From the NCBI RefSeq assembly GCF_006345805.1, contig NW_021831923.1:1-40423 (forward strand): 40,423 nucleotides of DNA. Direction: 5' to 3'. Source of the stretch: Octopus sinensis. Lineage: Eukaryota. The notes under the pieces are model-generated. The model was not told where the DNA came from and did no database searches. It saw only the letters and a list, made by a program, of their open reading frames with translations. Made by a program: the position numbers and the translations under genes. This document shows positions 11,781 to 26,257 of this stretch, one piece after another (within the stretch, counting starts at the first letter, position 1; the number at the start of each line of letters is the position of its first letter).

Positions 11781-12140
11781 CCTATCACAATGCCTGGAAT
11801 TTAAGGGGAGGGCGATGGACGATGATATCGACCCCAGTACTTGAATGGTAGTTAATTTATCGACCTCGAAAGCTTGAAAGTCAAAGTCGACCTCGGCGGA
11901 ACTTGAACTCAGAACTTAAAGACAGACGAAGTGCCGCTAGCATTTTTGCCAGCTTGCTAACCATTCTGCAAGGTCACCGCTTTAATAATAATAATAATAA
12001 TAATGAGAAGAAGAAGAAGAAGAAGAAGAAGAAGAAGAAGAAGAAGAAGAAGAAGAAGAAGAAGAAGAAGAAGAAGAAGAAGAAGAGAAGAAGAAGAAGA
12101 AGAAGAAGAAGAAGAAGAAGAAGAAGAAGAAGAAGAAGAA
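11446..12140. repeat. Trinucleotide arrays: (AAT)n 11446-11568, (AAC)n(AAT)n 11690-11780, (AAT)n(AAG)n 11984-12140
   Basis: Directly visible; source of the poly-N, poly-K and poly-R ORFs. Confidence 0.95.
11781..11980 (-). mobile_element. SINE family O copy
   Basis: aaagtcgacctcggcggaacttgaactcagaac is the reverse complement of the family core. Confidence 0.8.
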
Positions 12141-12350
12141 GAGGGTCCGTGAATAAAGATATAGAGAAATGGTTGAAGGATATTCGAATAGAATATTTTG
12201 TAGAGCTTCTACTAAAGTTTGTCTCTCAGGCACAAGAAATATTATCAAGAGGATTTTAAGCAGGTGAAAAACTACTGAAAACTAGTGGATATCTAAGGTT
12301 ACAGGTAGTAACCCGCTACCCACAAATTCTGCAAGGAATAAGAAGTAACT
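12141..12350 (+). mobile_element. R4/Dong-type non-LTR element, 3' end
   Basis: GSVNKDIEKWLKDIRIEYFVELL matches GTVSKNIDK*LKNIGIECPVEFP of 35085-35619, and they share the 3' UTR ctaaggttacaggtagtaa.ccgcta.ccaca. The 5' junction lies on an (AAG)n array. Confidence 0.7.
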
Positions 12351-12996
12351 TGAATCAAATTATCAATAGTAGTGTTTTCATAGGTGCCTAAATTTGGTCG
12401 CAAAGATAAAACATTCTATTCTATTCAAACGTCCAGATTTATGCTGTAGCTTATATGCTTCCTTATAAAACAACATTTGTTAAAAACATGACAGACGTTT
12501 GAGCCTTCTGTTATTTTCGATATTCCATTCGTTTCTCTCTTTATAATAGCCGCTTTAAGATAACTTTTTCCCGTCTCCTTTAAAATTTCGCCATGTTTGC
12601 TGTCACTTCTCAAAACTATAGCATTTCATCAATTGTGTATATGTGTATGTATGAGTGAGCCTCTGCGTGTGTATGTGTATGTGTGTGTGTGTACGTGCGT
12701 GTGTGTGCTTGTATGTTTCTGTATTTGTTTATTTAACGTTCGTATCTTTGATTCTCTAAGTCGAACGCAAAGACCTAGACAAAGATTAAATGTGATATAG
12801 TTGTATTGACAACATTGAATTTGTATAATTTTCCCAACAGTCCAGCGCTTCTATCCTACTTTTTTTCATTTCTATCTTCCCTATCTTACTTTCCACTACT
12901 TTCTCTCGCCCTCTGCTTCTTTCTCCTCCCTCTCTGATGCTCTCCTCTCTCTCTCTATCTATATATATAATATTATATTATATATTTCTACCTATC

Positions 12997-13039
<43 letters not shown>

Positions 13040-13163
13040 TATCATACATATACATGCATATATTAATATATATTGCAGATATATATATATAATATATATA
13101 TATATATATACACGTATATAGTCACACATACACTCACATATATACACAGATACACACACACAA

Positions 13164-13194
<31 letters not shown>

Positions 13195-13412
13195 CATATA
13201 TATCCTGCCTTATTTCTCTGTTTTTTTACGTTACTTCTTTATGTTTTATCCGTTTGTTTTGTTCGTTTTATTTTTTCACCAGTTCCTCCTGCCTTCGCCC
13301 ATAACTTGACCATTTCTACTCCACTACACAAACACACACTTTCCACTATCCTACTCCTTCTCTCTCTCTCTCACTTTCTCTCTCACTTTCTCTCTCTCAT
13401 TCTCTCTCTCTT

Positions 13413-13454
<42 letters not shown>

Positions 13455-13773
13455 AATCAGTTCAATTTTAAACCAACTGATGGACACCAATCAATAATTC
13501 GATCAGTAATGATTGAAAAAAAAATTTGCAACATAACATAACAGCAATATAATAGAATCGGACAGTTTTACAGACTTCAAATGATTCCTTAGTAGAAATA
13601 AGCCTAGGGAGTTTTTTTTTATTTTATTTGTATTTTTCCTCCTTTTTATTCATTCATTAGTTTCCTCTCTTTTTTTTCGTTTGTTTCCATTTGTATATCA
13701 TTTATTTTATTTTTTCGTACTTATTAGTTATCATTATCATCATCATCAGCATTTATTATTATTATTATTATTA

Positions 13774-13806
<33 letters not shown>

Positions 13807-14451
13807 GTCGTTGTTCTTGTTATTATTATTGTTGTTGTTGTTGTTATTATCGTTGTTGTTGTTGTTGTTATCATCATCATCATCATTATTATCATTATCA
13901 CCATCAGCTTTCTCATCCATATCTGGGAATCAATTTCCGCCATTTACTTGTTTATCATCATTATTGGTGGCTTAAGGCCGGTAGAAAATGGTCAAAACGT
14001 ATGTTATAGAACGACGACTTGAATGTTATAAGGTTGATGATTTGATAAAATGATTACAACGCCAAACTGAATTTCATTATAGTGTTTATTTTCGTCTCAT
14101 TACATTTTTTTTTAGTTCAAATTCTGCAAACTTGATTTTCCTTGGAATAAATTTTTTCGAATGCAATATCAACTCCATCTATCTAATTCTATCTGCTTTA
14201 GCTGGTTTGTACTTGAAAATCCCGGCGCTATTACTATTACATTTCAGACTTTCTGCTTTTTTTATTTCGATTCACTATGTTGTTTCAGTTCATTTAAAAT
14301 TCCACAAGGTTCTATTTACTTAAAAAAAAAAAAACAATATATTTTAAATGTTTTATTATATTACTACCCCATTACACATTCTTGATTCGATCTGACTTCC
14401 AAATATGACCATTTCATGACATTCACATACATATATATTTTGAATTGAAAT

Positions 14452-15650
14452 TAATTTAACTAGTTTCAGCTCACAAGCTGTGGCCATGCTGGGGCACCGC
14501 CATTTGTTGTTGCTACATAATTTTTACGTCACTATGTCTTTTTAGAACTTAACATTTGGTGCATGTGAGATTTTAACGCCTCTACCTTCATTTGCACTGC
14601 CTGCTGTGAAGTTGGTTCTTCTGGGATTCTTGACAGTAAGAGATCTAATTTTCTTTTGAAGACATCTACATCCACTCCATGTAGGTCTCTCCGATCCCTC
14701 GAGAGGATATTGGAGAGCTGTGGGCCTTTAAAGCCTAGGCTATTGCAATATCTTGTCCTATATTTTGATGGCAAAGTTAGAGTATTTGGCACTATGCAGT
14801 GGCACCCAGTTCTAGCATTTGAGTAACTCTCAATGCTAAAGTTTGGGACAAGTTCCCCCAAGATCTTCCAGATGTATATCCTTTTCTATTCTAGGCACAA
14901 GGCTCGAAATTTTGGGGGAAGGGGCCAGTCGATTAGATCGACCCCAGTAAGAAACTGGTACTTAATTTATCGACAAATTCGACCGCGGTGGAATTTGAAA
15001 TCAGAACGTAAAGACAGATGAAATACCACTCAGCATTTCGCCCGGCTTGCTAATGTTTCTTATTTCTTTATTGCCCACAAGGGGCTAGACACAGAGGGGA
15101 CAAACAAGGACAGACAAAGGGATTATGTCGATGATTAGAGTGACCGCAATGCGTAACTGGTACTCAATTTATCGACTCCGAAAGTATGAAAGGCAAAGTC
15201 GACCTCGGCGGAATTTGAACTCAGAACATAATGACAGACGAAATACAGCTAAGCATTCCGTCCGGCGTGCTAGCGTTTCTACCAGCTCACATTCTTTTTC
15301 CAGATGTATATTACGGCATATCATTCCCACCTACGCTCCAGGGAAGAGAGACTCAATCTCTTGAGTCTTTCCCAGCAGCTTATATGCTGCATAGAGGCTA
15401 TCTTTTTTGTATAGCTTCGTTGGATTTCCGCAAGTTCCGAAATTAATTTTACACTGGTTGGTGTCCATAGCTGGGTGCAATAATCAATGCGACTTAGGAC
15501 AAAAGTCCTCCAGAGGACCATCATGGTTTCCAGATCTATCGTTTAAAAAGTTCTTAGTATCCATCCGGTCAGCCGCCTGCATTTCATTGCCAACTTAGCA
15601 ACATGCACATAGAAGGATGCATCATTACTCATGTAAATGCCCAGGTATCA
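14452..15650 (-). mobile_element. CR1-group LINE, ORF2 C-terminal part and 3' tail, split by a SINE dimer
   Basis: VLWRTFVLSRIDYCTQLW...SLERRWE (15321-15524) and LVPNFSIESYSN...RYCNSLGFKGPQL (14532-14861) belong to the same family as 22845-23931. The tail ggtgccccagcatggccacagc lies at about 14460-14500. Confidence 0.85.
14880..15297 (-). mobile_element. SINE family O dimer inserted in the LINE with a 14-bp target-site duplication
   Basis: ttccagatgtatat occurs at 14866-14879 and 15298-15311, and LINE coding sequence (IYIWK) resumes across the insertion. Confidence 0.85.
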
Positions 15651-15699
15651 CACTGACTGTGTACTGATGAAGCATAAATTATGCAAAAACCATAAATGA

Positions 15700-15980
15700 C
15701 CATGGGTTTGTACCTAGAATGTCCCCCTCTGAGGTGAGGTTGTTTATGGAAGAGCAGCAGTCAGCCATGCACTCCACCGATGTTATCTAAGGAAAAGGAA
15801 AAGGCCGATACAGCTTGGTACCAGTGACGTCGCATCTCAATTCTACAGATAAGTGAACTGGAGCAACGTAAACTATATTGTCTTGCTCAAGAACACAACG
15901 TACAGCCCGGTCCGGGAACAGAAATCAGTACCTCATGGTTGTGAGCCCGACGATCTAATCACTGATCTATGTGCCTTCAC
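15700..15980 (-). mobile_element. tRNA-headed SINE resembling the octopus OK family
   Basis: Minus-strand head gtgaaggcacatagatcagtg...gttcccggaccgggc, conserved gttgtgttcttgagcaaga shared with 27565-27582, and an internal GGTACC. The family name is recalled, not verified. Confidence 0.65.
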
Positions 15981-16904
15981 AGGCCCTTATGAGTCGGCAT
16001 GACTCGAAAAGGTAACCTTTACCTTTAGGGTCCCTTTGATTCTTATTTTACTCCGAACCCATAAGGTTATATAGTAAAATTCCTGCCCACACAACCTCGA
16101 TAACTGCATCAATACAATAACCCTGTTGTTGTTTTTATAGTTAATTCTTTTTCCCGTTAAAGACGATTGTTTTTTTTTCTCTACCATTGTTATTGATGCA
16201 TTTCGTACTTCAAGTGAAATGCTGTTTCTACAGCCAGTCATTTAAATGACGTGCTGATCTTGTCTTTTTTCTTATCTTTTTTTATTCTTTTTTATATATA
16301 TTCCCAGTGCTGTTGGTGTCGCAGAATTTATTTCCTCGTCTTAACGCTGTTGATCTTTGATGGTATAAACCTCAACGCCCTATACGCAGCTCTTAAAAAA
16401 ATCACTTTGCTACTTCTTTCTTTATATTTTCATTTTATTTTATTTGTTAATTGTGTTTCCTTTTTCATTCTTTTCACCTCGCCCTCTGAGAGTCCCCCTG
16501 TCACTTTCATATTCCCAGGATAGTATTATAATTATTCTTCAATACATGTGTACAATCATTATAATATAAACCTTTTCACGGTTTGTTTATGTTTTTTGCT
16601 GGGCTTTTTTTTGTTGTTGTTGTTGTTTTTTCTTCTGTTTAAGATATCTGCAACAGAACGCAGCGTCCAACTCAATTACCTTAACAGACAATACAGAGCG
16701 GAAATGTTTGTGGAAATTTCACAAGCAGTGAGAAGTGAAAAGTTAATTAAACAACTGTGTTATTGCACAATGAAATATTTTATTAATTAAATCTACCGAA
16801 GAGAGGAGAGGATGTCGAGAGACAAAAGCGAAGAGAGAATTATTTTTCCCAACTAGCGATAAAAGGAAAAAAAGAAACAAATTGAAGAAAAAAGGAGAAA
16901 CAAA

Positions 16905-17206
16905 TTAATAATAATAACAACAACAACAACAACAGCAGGAAGAAGGTGAAGAATAAGAAGAAGAAGAAGAGAAGAAGGAGAAGAAGAGAAGAAGAATAGG
17001 AGAAGAAGAAGATAAGAAGAGAAGAAGAAGACGAAGAGAAGACGAAGAAGAAAAGAAGGAGAAGAAGAAGAAGAAGAAGAAAAGAAGAAGAAAGAAGAAG
17101 AGAAGAAGAAGAAAGAAGAGAAGAGGAAAAGAAAGAGAAGAGTAAGGAAGAAGAAGAAAAGATGATAAGAAGAAGAAAGAAGAAGAAAGAAGAAGAAGAA
17201 GAAGAA
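16905..17206. repeat. Compound (AAT)(AAC)(AAG)n purine-rich array
   Basis: Directly visible. Confidence 0.9.
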
Positions 17207-17752
17207 GGGCCGTGACCTGTTACAGTTAGGGAACTTTTATAAAATAACAGCAGTTGAACTAGAAAAGTACTTAAAAAAGAAAAGTGGAAGACTACTACAT
17301 GCAATAGAGCAACACAAGGAAAAAGAGCGCTTTTCTCTTGTATACAAGAAGGCAGCAAAATACAAAACAGAAGCAAACTACACTGATACATTGACTTCAG
17401 ATGACAACATACAGAAATGGTCAGAGACAAAAAAAAAACATGAAAACACAACTACAAAAGACACACTAAAGAAGAAATGGAAAGAAAAAATCCCTTCATG
17501 GCTAATACCCTGCAAAATGTGAAGAGAAGAGGAAGTGAGCGTAAGTAAAAATCTAACAATAACTCAAAAGCTCTGAACTAAAAGCTGAAACTGAAGGACT
17601 GATTTTTCGCTGCACAAGACCAAGGCCTGACTACGAACTACTATAAAAACAAAATCCTGAAAAGAGGTTTCTAACACCAAACGCAGAATGTGCAACCAGC
17701 ACAATGAGACAATTGACCACATCATCATTGGCTGTCCAGTCCTTGCCAAATC

Positions 17753-17814
<62 letters not shown>

Positions 17815-17955
17815 CACAACGGAGAAAGGGATTAATTACATTGTAGTTATATGCCAACAATATAATATAGAAACTGACAATAAATGGTATTAACATGTGC
17901 CAAACAAGGCACAAGACAACGACCAAACCACAATCATCTGGGGTATGTCTGTTCA
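17207..17955 (+). mobile_element. R4/Dong-type non-LTR element, internal fragment (post-RT region to CCHC knuckle)
   Basis: Shifted frames give GRDLLQL, KKKWKEK.LHG, SELKAETEGLI.AAQDQGL, RMCNQHNETIDHIIIGCPVLAKS and ICQQYNIETDNKWY, all typical of R4-clade ORFs. Confidence 0.8.
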
Positions 17956-18039
17956 AATCACCCAGATATAATAATCAAGAACATTATTTACATTATTTAC
18001 ATTTGACGGATATTTGTCCTCACCTTGCTTGTTGTTAAC

Positions 18040-18510
18040 ACCGTTCTGCTGCCAACTGTTGTACATACCTGTTGTGAGGCACCCGAAAAAATTCAGTGCA
18101 TGACGATAAAGCTCGTAGTGTAGACGATCCAAACTTGGCGACTTCTCCATTGTGTATTCCGTCATCGCTTGTCGTATTTTGTCAGCTGATATCGGACTTT
18201 CGCAGAACTTCGCATCCTCTGTCGATAGCTGCGGTAGGCCGTCGAGGTAGGTGACAAGTCCAACCTCGACTTGTTTCAATGTCTGCCTCAAACAGTTGAA
18301 CAAAATGTCATTAAAAAACCGCACACATTTGCTCGTGATTTAGTAGCACACCTCTCTTCTGATCTGCCGAAGAGAGATATGTGACTCTGTTGTGGCAGTG
18401 CCTCTCTGCAACCCGAACCCATCGAAAGGCTTTCGTTGCCCCATCCACCGCTCTGACTCTGACAACACAACCTTTGTGCTTAAAATCGATCAAGTCCATC
18501 GCAGTAGTCT
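18040..18510 (-). mobile_element. L1/Tx1-type ORF2 fragment (endonuclease-RT linker to start of RT)
   Basis: SPISADKIRQAMTEYTMEKSPSLDRLHYELY resembles the PI..EI..A....KSPG.DG...E.Y motif. The upstream frame gives ATKAFRWVRVAE. Confidence 0.7.
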
Positions 18511-18576
18511 TCTACTATAGAATTCCTTATCACTATTTCTTTATGAACCTAATTGATTCTAATCTAATAATAATAA

Positions 18577-18607
<31 letters not shown>

Positions 18608-19996
18608 GTAATAATAATAATAATGACCCAAAATGGAGTATAACTTCTGTAAATAATTCCGATTTAACGCAATACAATATCCAATGTCATTTCTTTGATG
18701 CTACTCTACATCTTACAATATACACTGGATACTAGAGCATTCTCTTCATCCTTACCCAGTCATGTAATGTTAAAAGCAACGAGATATTCCATCTAAATAG
18801 CATAATCTGATCCCAAACCTTCCAACCACTACTTTTTTGTTACAGGAAACAGTATAACAAAAGCTATGTTAGACCCAAAAGTGACTTAGCGTGATTTTTC
18901 CTATTCGATTTCAAACAAGTAAAAAAAAAACTTACGCAGCATTGGATGTAGATTTTAGGGAAGGTATTGAGTTCATAAACTCTAACTAGTATTTGGTTAG
19001 TATATATTTTGAACGATAAAAAATGATGTCGACTTTATCAGTGTTTAAACTAAATACATAAAGATATTTAACTATACTTAAGGCAAGATATACCGTGTTG
19101 TGTTATACCATTTTCCTCTCATACACCTCCATAATAGAAATAATGATTTTAAAATATTTTTCCTAACCGTAGGCTCAGCTGAACTGAAGTGTGACATATT
19201 TTGTTCGACGCACTAACGATTCTAACAATCATACCATATACAGCAGGAAACAAAATCATTTCTGACATAATTTCAGCATCTCATATACTTGAGTGTTGAA
19301 CAAATCGATCAGCTTAATTCAAGTCCTTGTCTTATAGCTAAGTTCATATTTTATTGACATCGAGATCGAACGAAATGAAAATCCCTGTCTCTTTAGGATT
19401 CGAACTCGGAACGTGAAAGATGATAATTAAAAAGAAGCAGGGTATTTAATCTCGTGTTTCTACCATATTTGCTGATCCACACTATGAAGGTAACTCCAAA
19501 AATTAATGAACATGTCATGATAATAACTGTGCAAATTTAACTTAAATAAAATAGAAACAAATGATTGAAATAATAACAAAAATACTACCATAAAAGTGCA
19601 AATACATATACGAAAAAACATAGAAAAGTCAACAAAAACACATAGAAATAAAGCAATCGAACAAATAAATAAAAGAAACACATAAACGAGAAAAGATAAA
19701 AAAAAATCGATCGAAGAGTCTCTAGAAGCGTTTGTTTGAATTACAAGATAGTCGATATCTTGAAGCCCACGATAAAAGAATGCCAGAAAACTTCAAACCA
19801 ATTACATTTTAGTCCAAAAATAAATAAAGTCCAATCGTGAATAGATCGAGACAAAAAAAAATATATATATAAATATACAAATACAAAAAAAAAAATAAAG
19901 TAACAACAATAAAACAGTAAATGAGATCCTACAATTACCTTTTTATAACAATTGACAAGGAGAAACTAGACCGGTGCGCTTGGAGGCGAAAAAGAA

Positions 19997-21270
<1,274 letters not shown>

Positions 21271-21641
21271 TATATGAATTTTCTATTTCTAGCCTTGCTC
21301 TAAACTAATTTTGCTTGTTCTAACCATAGAGAGTAAATATAAGTCTGATAGCCTAGGGATCATGATTTCGGCAGTTAAACCACATATCAACTTTAGTGTA
21401 GTGAGAACCATATATGCCCTTTATGTTTATACAACATAAGTACACTTGCACTCGTTGCCAATATAACTATTCACTTACAAAATTTATTCTGGTGTTCCTA
21501 TAGATTTAGTCTTTAGTGTATAAGTATATAAAGCTTTAACAGTTATATATTTATGATTCAAATAGTCAACCACTTGAGCGTAAGGATTCACTCTTCTTCC
21601 CTAGCTCTTCTCTCTCTCTCTCCTCTCTCGCTTCTGCATGC

Positions 21642-21689
<48 letters not shown>

Positions 21690-21852
21690 ATATATATACA
21701 GATATACAGATAAATAGATAGATAGATAAATATTTATTTGACTATGAGTGCATTGTCTCCAATAGCAGAAACAGTTGTAAGCTAATGCTGTTATAACATA
21801 ATTTCTTACTCTTTTATCATTCTAATTTCCTTTATGTGTTAGTATGTATGCG

Positions 21853-21890
<38 letters not shown>

Positions 21891-21954
21891 CGCTTATACG
21901 CATACATATACTAACACATAGGAAATTAGAATGAAAAAGAGTAAGAAATTATGC

Positions 21955-21992
<38 letters not shown>

Positions 21993-22051
21993 TATATATA
22001 TATATATATGTTATATATATATACATATATATAATATGTGTACATACATAT

Positions 22052-22288
22052 GGTGGCTGCCCCCTCGTTATCGAGTATGGCCATTGCACGAAGCTTAATC
22101 AATGTTGTTATCGTGCAATGCCTGTGCAAGTAGAATTTTTTAAAGTGAGTAAAGGCTGTGCACTGAGTCAATCACACTCACTAAGCAAGCTTGGTGGGGT
22201 TGCCGGTTTAGTCGCCGACGACCCGACCATGCAACATGTTGTACTGGGTTACATGTTACCAGTAGCACTCGAAAGTGACCTGACACAA
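22052..22288 (+). mobile_element. Structured non-coding repeat seated in a (CATA)n tract
   Basis: A GC-richer block preceded by tacatacata (22041-22050) and followed by (CATA)n (22289-22374). It has a perfect 10-bp stem CATTGCACGA/TCGTGCAATG. Repeat status is inferred, since there is one copy here. Confidence 0.5.
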
Positions 22289-22346
22289 CATACATACATA
22301 CATACATACATACATACATACATACATACATACATACATACATACA

Positions 22347-22379
<33 letters not shown>

Positions 22380-22743
22380 TTATATAGGTATAACTTAAAT
22401 CGGATCTCGGTCCACGCTTTCATACTGTCGTTTTTTTTACCGTCGATCATAAACGTCAGTACTTTAGGAGTGGCAGTTTGGTAAGTAGCTGGCTTACCAA
22501 CTACATGGTTCCGGGTTCAGTCCCACTACGTGGGACCTTGGGAAAATGTCTTCTACTCGGGCAACCGTGGTTGCCTACATTGAAAAATAGAAATAACTTT
22601 TTCCAATTTATCATACTTCGATAAGACACATATCCATAACCTCTCCCCAGAGTAAACCACTATTATTCGTGAAAGTTGTTTTTTATATCTACTACGGTTT
22701 GCTTGAAGAGAACTTTCTTCCTACACCTCGATCCTTGGATCTC

Positions 22744-22794
<51 letters not shown>

Positions 22795-22795
22795 C

Positions 22796-22841
<46 letters not shown>

Positions 22842-22844
22842 CCT

Positions 22845-23931
22845 TAAATCCTTAAAAATGTTTTAGCCCGAAGGCCGCGGCCATGCTGGGGCACCACCGC
22901 TGAAGAGCCACACTAGTTTGTGAATCCACCTCTGATACGTGGCACTTGATCAACAAGGGAGTTCGATGCTGCTGCCCGCATCCGCGTCTCCTGTCGTGAG
23001 GTAGGTCATCTGGGACTTCCAACAAGAAGAGATCCAGTTTAGTTTTAAAGAAACCCACATCCACACCATGTAAGTCTCTCAGGCATTTAGGGAGGATGTT
23101 GAAAAGCTGTGGTCCTCTGAAACCCAAGCTGTTGCAGTATCTGGACCTGTATTTTGATGGTGATGTTGGAATCCTTGGCACCACGCAGCGGCGCCCCGTT
23201 CTGCGGTTGGAGTAACTTTGAATGCCAAAGTTTGGGATAAGACCCTCCAGGATTTTCCAGATGTATATTACTGCATATCTCTCCCGCCTCCGCTCCAGGG
23301 AGAAGAGGTTTAATACCTTCAGTCTTTCCCAGTAGCTGACATTTTGCATTGAGACGATTTCTTTGTGTAGCTTCTCTGAGTTGCTTCGAGTTCTGCTGTT
23401 TGTTTTATATTGTGTGGTGACCAAAGTTGGGAGCAGTAGTCCAAGCGGCTGAGGACAAATGTTTTCCATAGGACCATCAGTGTCTCCTTCTCTCTTGTTC
23501 TGAAAGTTCGGAGAATCCATCCAGCTAGCCGTCTGCATTTTATCACCAGATTAGCAATATGCATTTGGAAAGATGCATCATTGCTCATGTCAATGCCCAG
23601 GTCACGCACTGATTTTGACTCAGGGATTGCAATTCTTCCGGGCCAGTGTATCCAGTCTTCACGTCATTTACCTTTGTGTGCCAGTAGCGCAGGGCTGGAA
23701 CTTACCTGCATTAAATGCATGTTGTTGTCCTCAGCCCACCTGTATATTGTGTCCAGCTCATGTTGCAGATGCGCAATATTTTCAGGGTTCTGTATGCGTG
23801 GGAGACCTTTGTGTAATCTGCATAGCTAGCAAGGGTGGTCATCGTAGCAACTGAAGGCATGTCTGAAAGGGCCACTATGAACATCAGTGGCCCCAAGACA
23901 GTGCCCTGTGGGACACCGCTTGTATTTGCGT
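22845..23931 (-). mobile_element. CR1-group LINE, 5'-truncated (RT core to 3' tail)
   Basis: [14 protein letters not shown] and YADY (YADD) RT motifs, RDLGIDMS, FVLSRLDYCSQLWSP and SLERRRERYAVIYIWKILEGL. There is a 1-nt deletion near 23359 and the tail ends in TTTAAGGA repeats. Both ends abut (TA)n. Confidence 0.92.
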
Positions 23932-23948
23932 TATATATATATACATAC

Positions 23949-23996
<48 letters not shown>

Positions 23997-24027
23997 ATAT
24001 ATATACATACATATACATAATATATAG

Positions 24028-24067
<40 letters not shown>

Positions 24068-24157
24068 AGTATACATACATACATATATATATACATACAT
24101 ATATATATATATATATATACATATATATACATACATATTATATATATATATATATAT

Positions 24158-24231
<74 letters not shown>

Positions 24232-24261
24232 ATATATATAAGAATAAATGTTTTTATATAT

Positions 24262-24917
24262 AAAGAACGTGAAATACAGGAAGGGACGAACACGGAACAC
24301 AGACAAATCATTCGAAGCCTTCAATCTTCAGTCAGACACCGAATCATCATAGCAAATTTCGGCTGTTCAATTCTGATATTTGCTCCAACTCGGCCAGCCC
24401 CAAGAAAAAAACTAAGCTGTAAGCATTAGATTTCTTGGTAGAAGACAGGAATGTGAACGCACGAGACGGATGTAAATACAAGAGACGAAAACGAAATTGA
24501 AAACAGTAATGGATAAACAAAATATAACGATGGTTGTCTTACGACTTTAGACCAAATGAGACAAAAACAACAACAACATAGCAGCTGGCGTAGAAATAAT
24601 TACCGTTTCGGTAGAGGGGACACATGTTGGTCGAGATACGATCGCCAACAGAATGGTTAAGAAGCAGCAGGTTGCAGGAGAGAGAGAGAGAGAGGGAATC
24701 AAAGAGGGTGGAAGGCAGGGGACACAATCAGTGACCAAGAGAAAAGGAGAAAGAAGGGATTAAGGAGGATGGGAGGAAGAGGGGGGAAGAATCGGAGGGC
24801 GCCAAAATAGTTTGGTAAAGAAGCAATGGCGGGTAGGAAAGACAAAGTGTATAGAAGTCGTGCAGGGTTTAAAATTGGACAAACAAACGGGGGGGGTGCA
24901 CGTAACGCCGCAATAAT
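24262..24917. repeat. Probable Penelope-like terminal (pLTR) fragment between (TA)n arrays
   Basis: Purine-rich strand bias, homology with 6061-6175, and TA arrays on both sides. No coding motif seen. Confidence 0.35.
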
Positions 24918-25715
24918 ATATATATATATATAAAGAATTCTTCGTTCCCATCACACCGGGTTCGCCTTTCAGCCTTTCGGGAATCGAATGGACAGAATTA
25001 ATTACCAGTGAAATATTGATGCAGGCGTAATTGTTTAGACACCGCTCTCTTCGAAATTTGTAAGAGTGCGCCTAAATTAGAAAGTGTGATGAAATAAAAA
25101 TAGTACTATTGTTTTGTAACCTTTTTTATTCACGGCGAAGAGAAAGAGAAAACGACAGTATGTATTATCTTCGCAGAGAAATTTACCAAAACACATTTGG
25201 CACACTTCCTTGGGCAGATTTCTGTTGCCCCGTTTCCGTCTACTCAGTTTCGCACGTACGACTTGAATCCTTCCTAAATTACAATAGAAGTCATTTGCCG
25301 AAAATTCCGTGTGCTGGTATCGAAACAGGAATCAAAATATTGCGAATTTAACGCCTCAAACACACAGCCATGTTTACGCATACGCTTTACTTATAAGTCA
25401 CGCAATTCTAATGTGACAATGTCACGATTACGGTAATTAAGTTGACCTATATCTAGCTTTTATATGCATATATTTTTGACATTATTATTAATACTGATGG
25501 AAATAGGAAATATTTCGGACAGTTAATCTCATCAACTCTGAATTTTTTATATGTATATATTCGGTTTGCTTTTAGTAAACACAACTTTTGCAGCATCTGA
25601 GTCAATGTTCGTCATCTTCACACATGCATACACACAAACACAGACACACAAATACAGATACGCAGACGCGCATACACACACATACACAGACACATACATA
25701 TATATATAGATATAC

Positions 25716-25816
<101 letters not shown>

Positions 25817-25948
25817 TTGATGTTTATACATATATAAATAATAAATCTATAATATATCTATATCTATCAATTTGTCTAACTGTATATATGTGTGTGTATC
25901 CATATGTAAATAATATATATCTACATACCTGTCTATCTGTATGTATGT

Positions 25949-26009
<61 letters not shown>

Positions 26010-26257
26010 CTGTATTATTTATATATATATATATATATAATACAGATAGGATACGAACGAACGGGAGAAAATATACTCGTCAAGTGTTGTGAAGGTTAAA
26101 GATTTGTATGAGCAGTTTGACTTGATGGTTTCACAAATGTATAAGCAAATCTGACCCTCAGATGTTTTTGAAAATAACAAAAGTAACAAGGAAATATTTT
26201 TGCATTATATTTACATGATACACTTTGTAATATTTTCGTCATTACTACCAGAATAAA

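Noticed and set aside
15659-15713. Apparent complete hammerhead (CUGAUGA, stem GCAUA/UAUGC)
   Set aside because: GAAAC is replaced by AAAAAC, and the apparent stem III and stem I 3' strand run directly into the antisense tail of the adjacent SINE. It is at best a truncated motif completed by chance.
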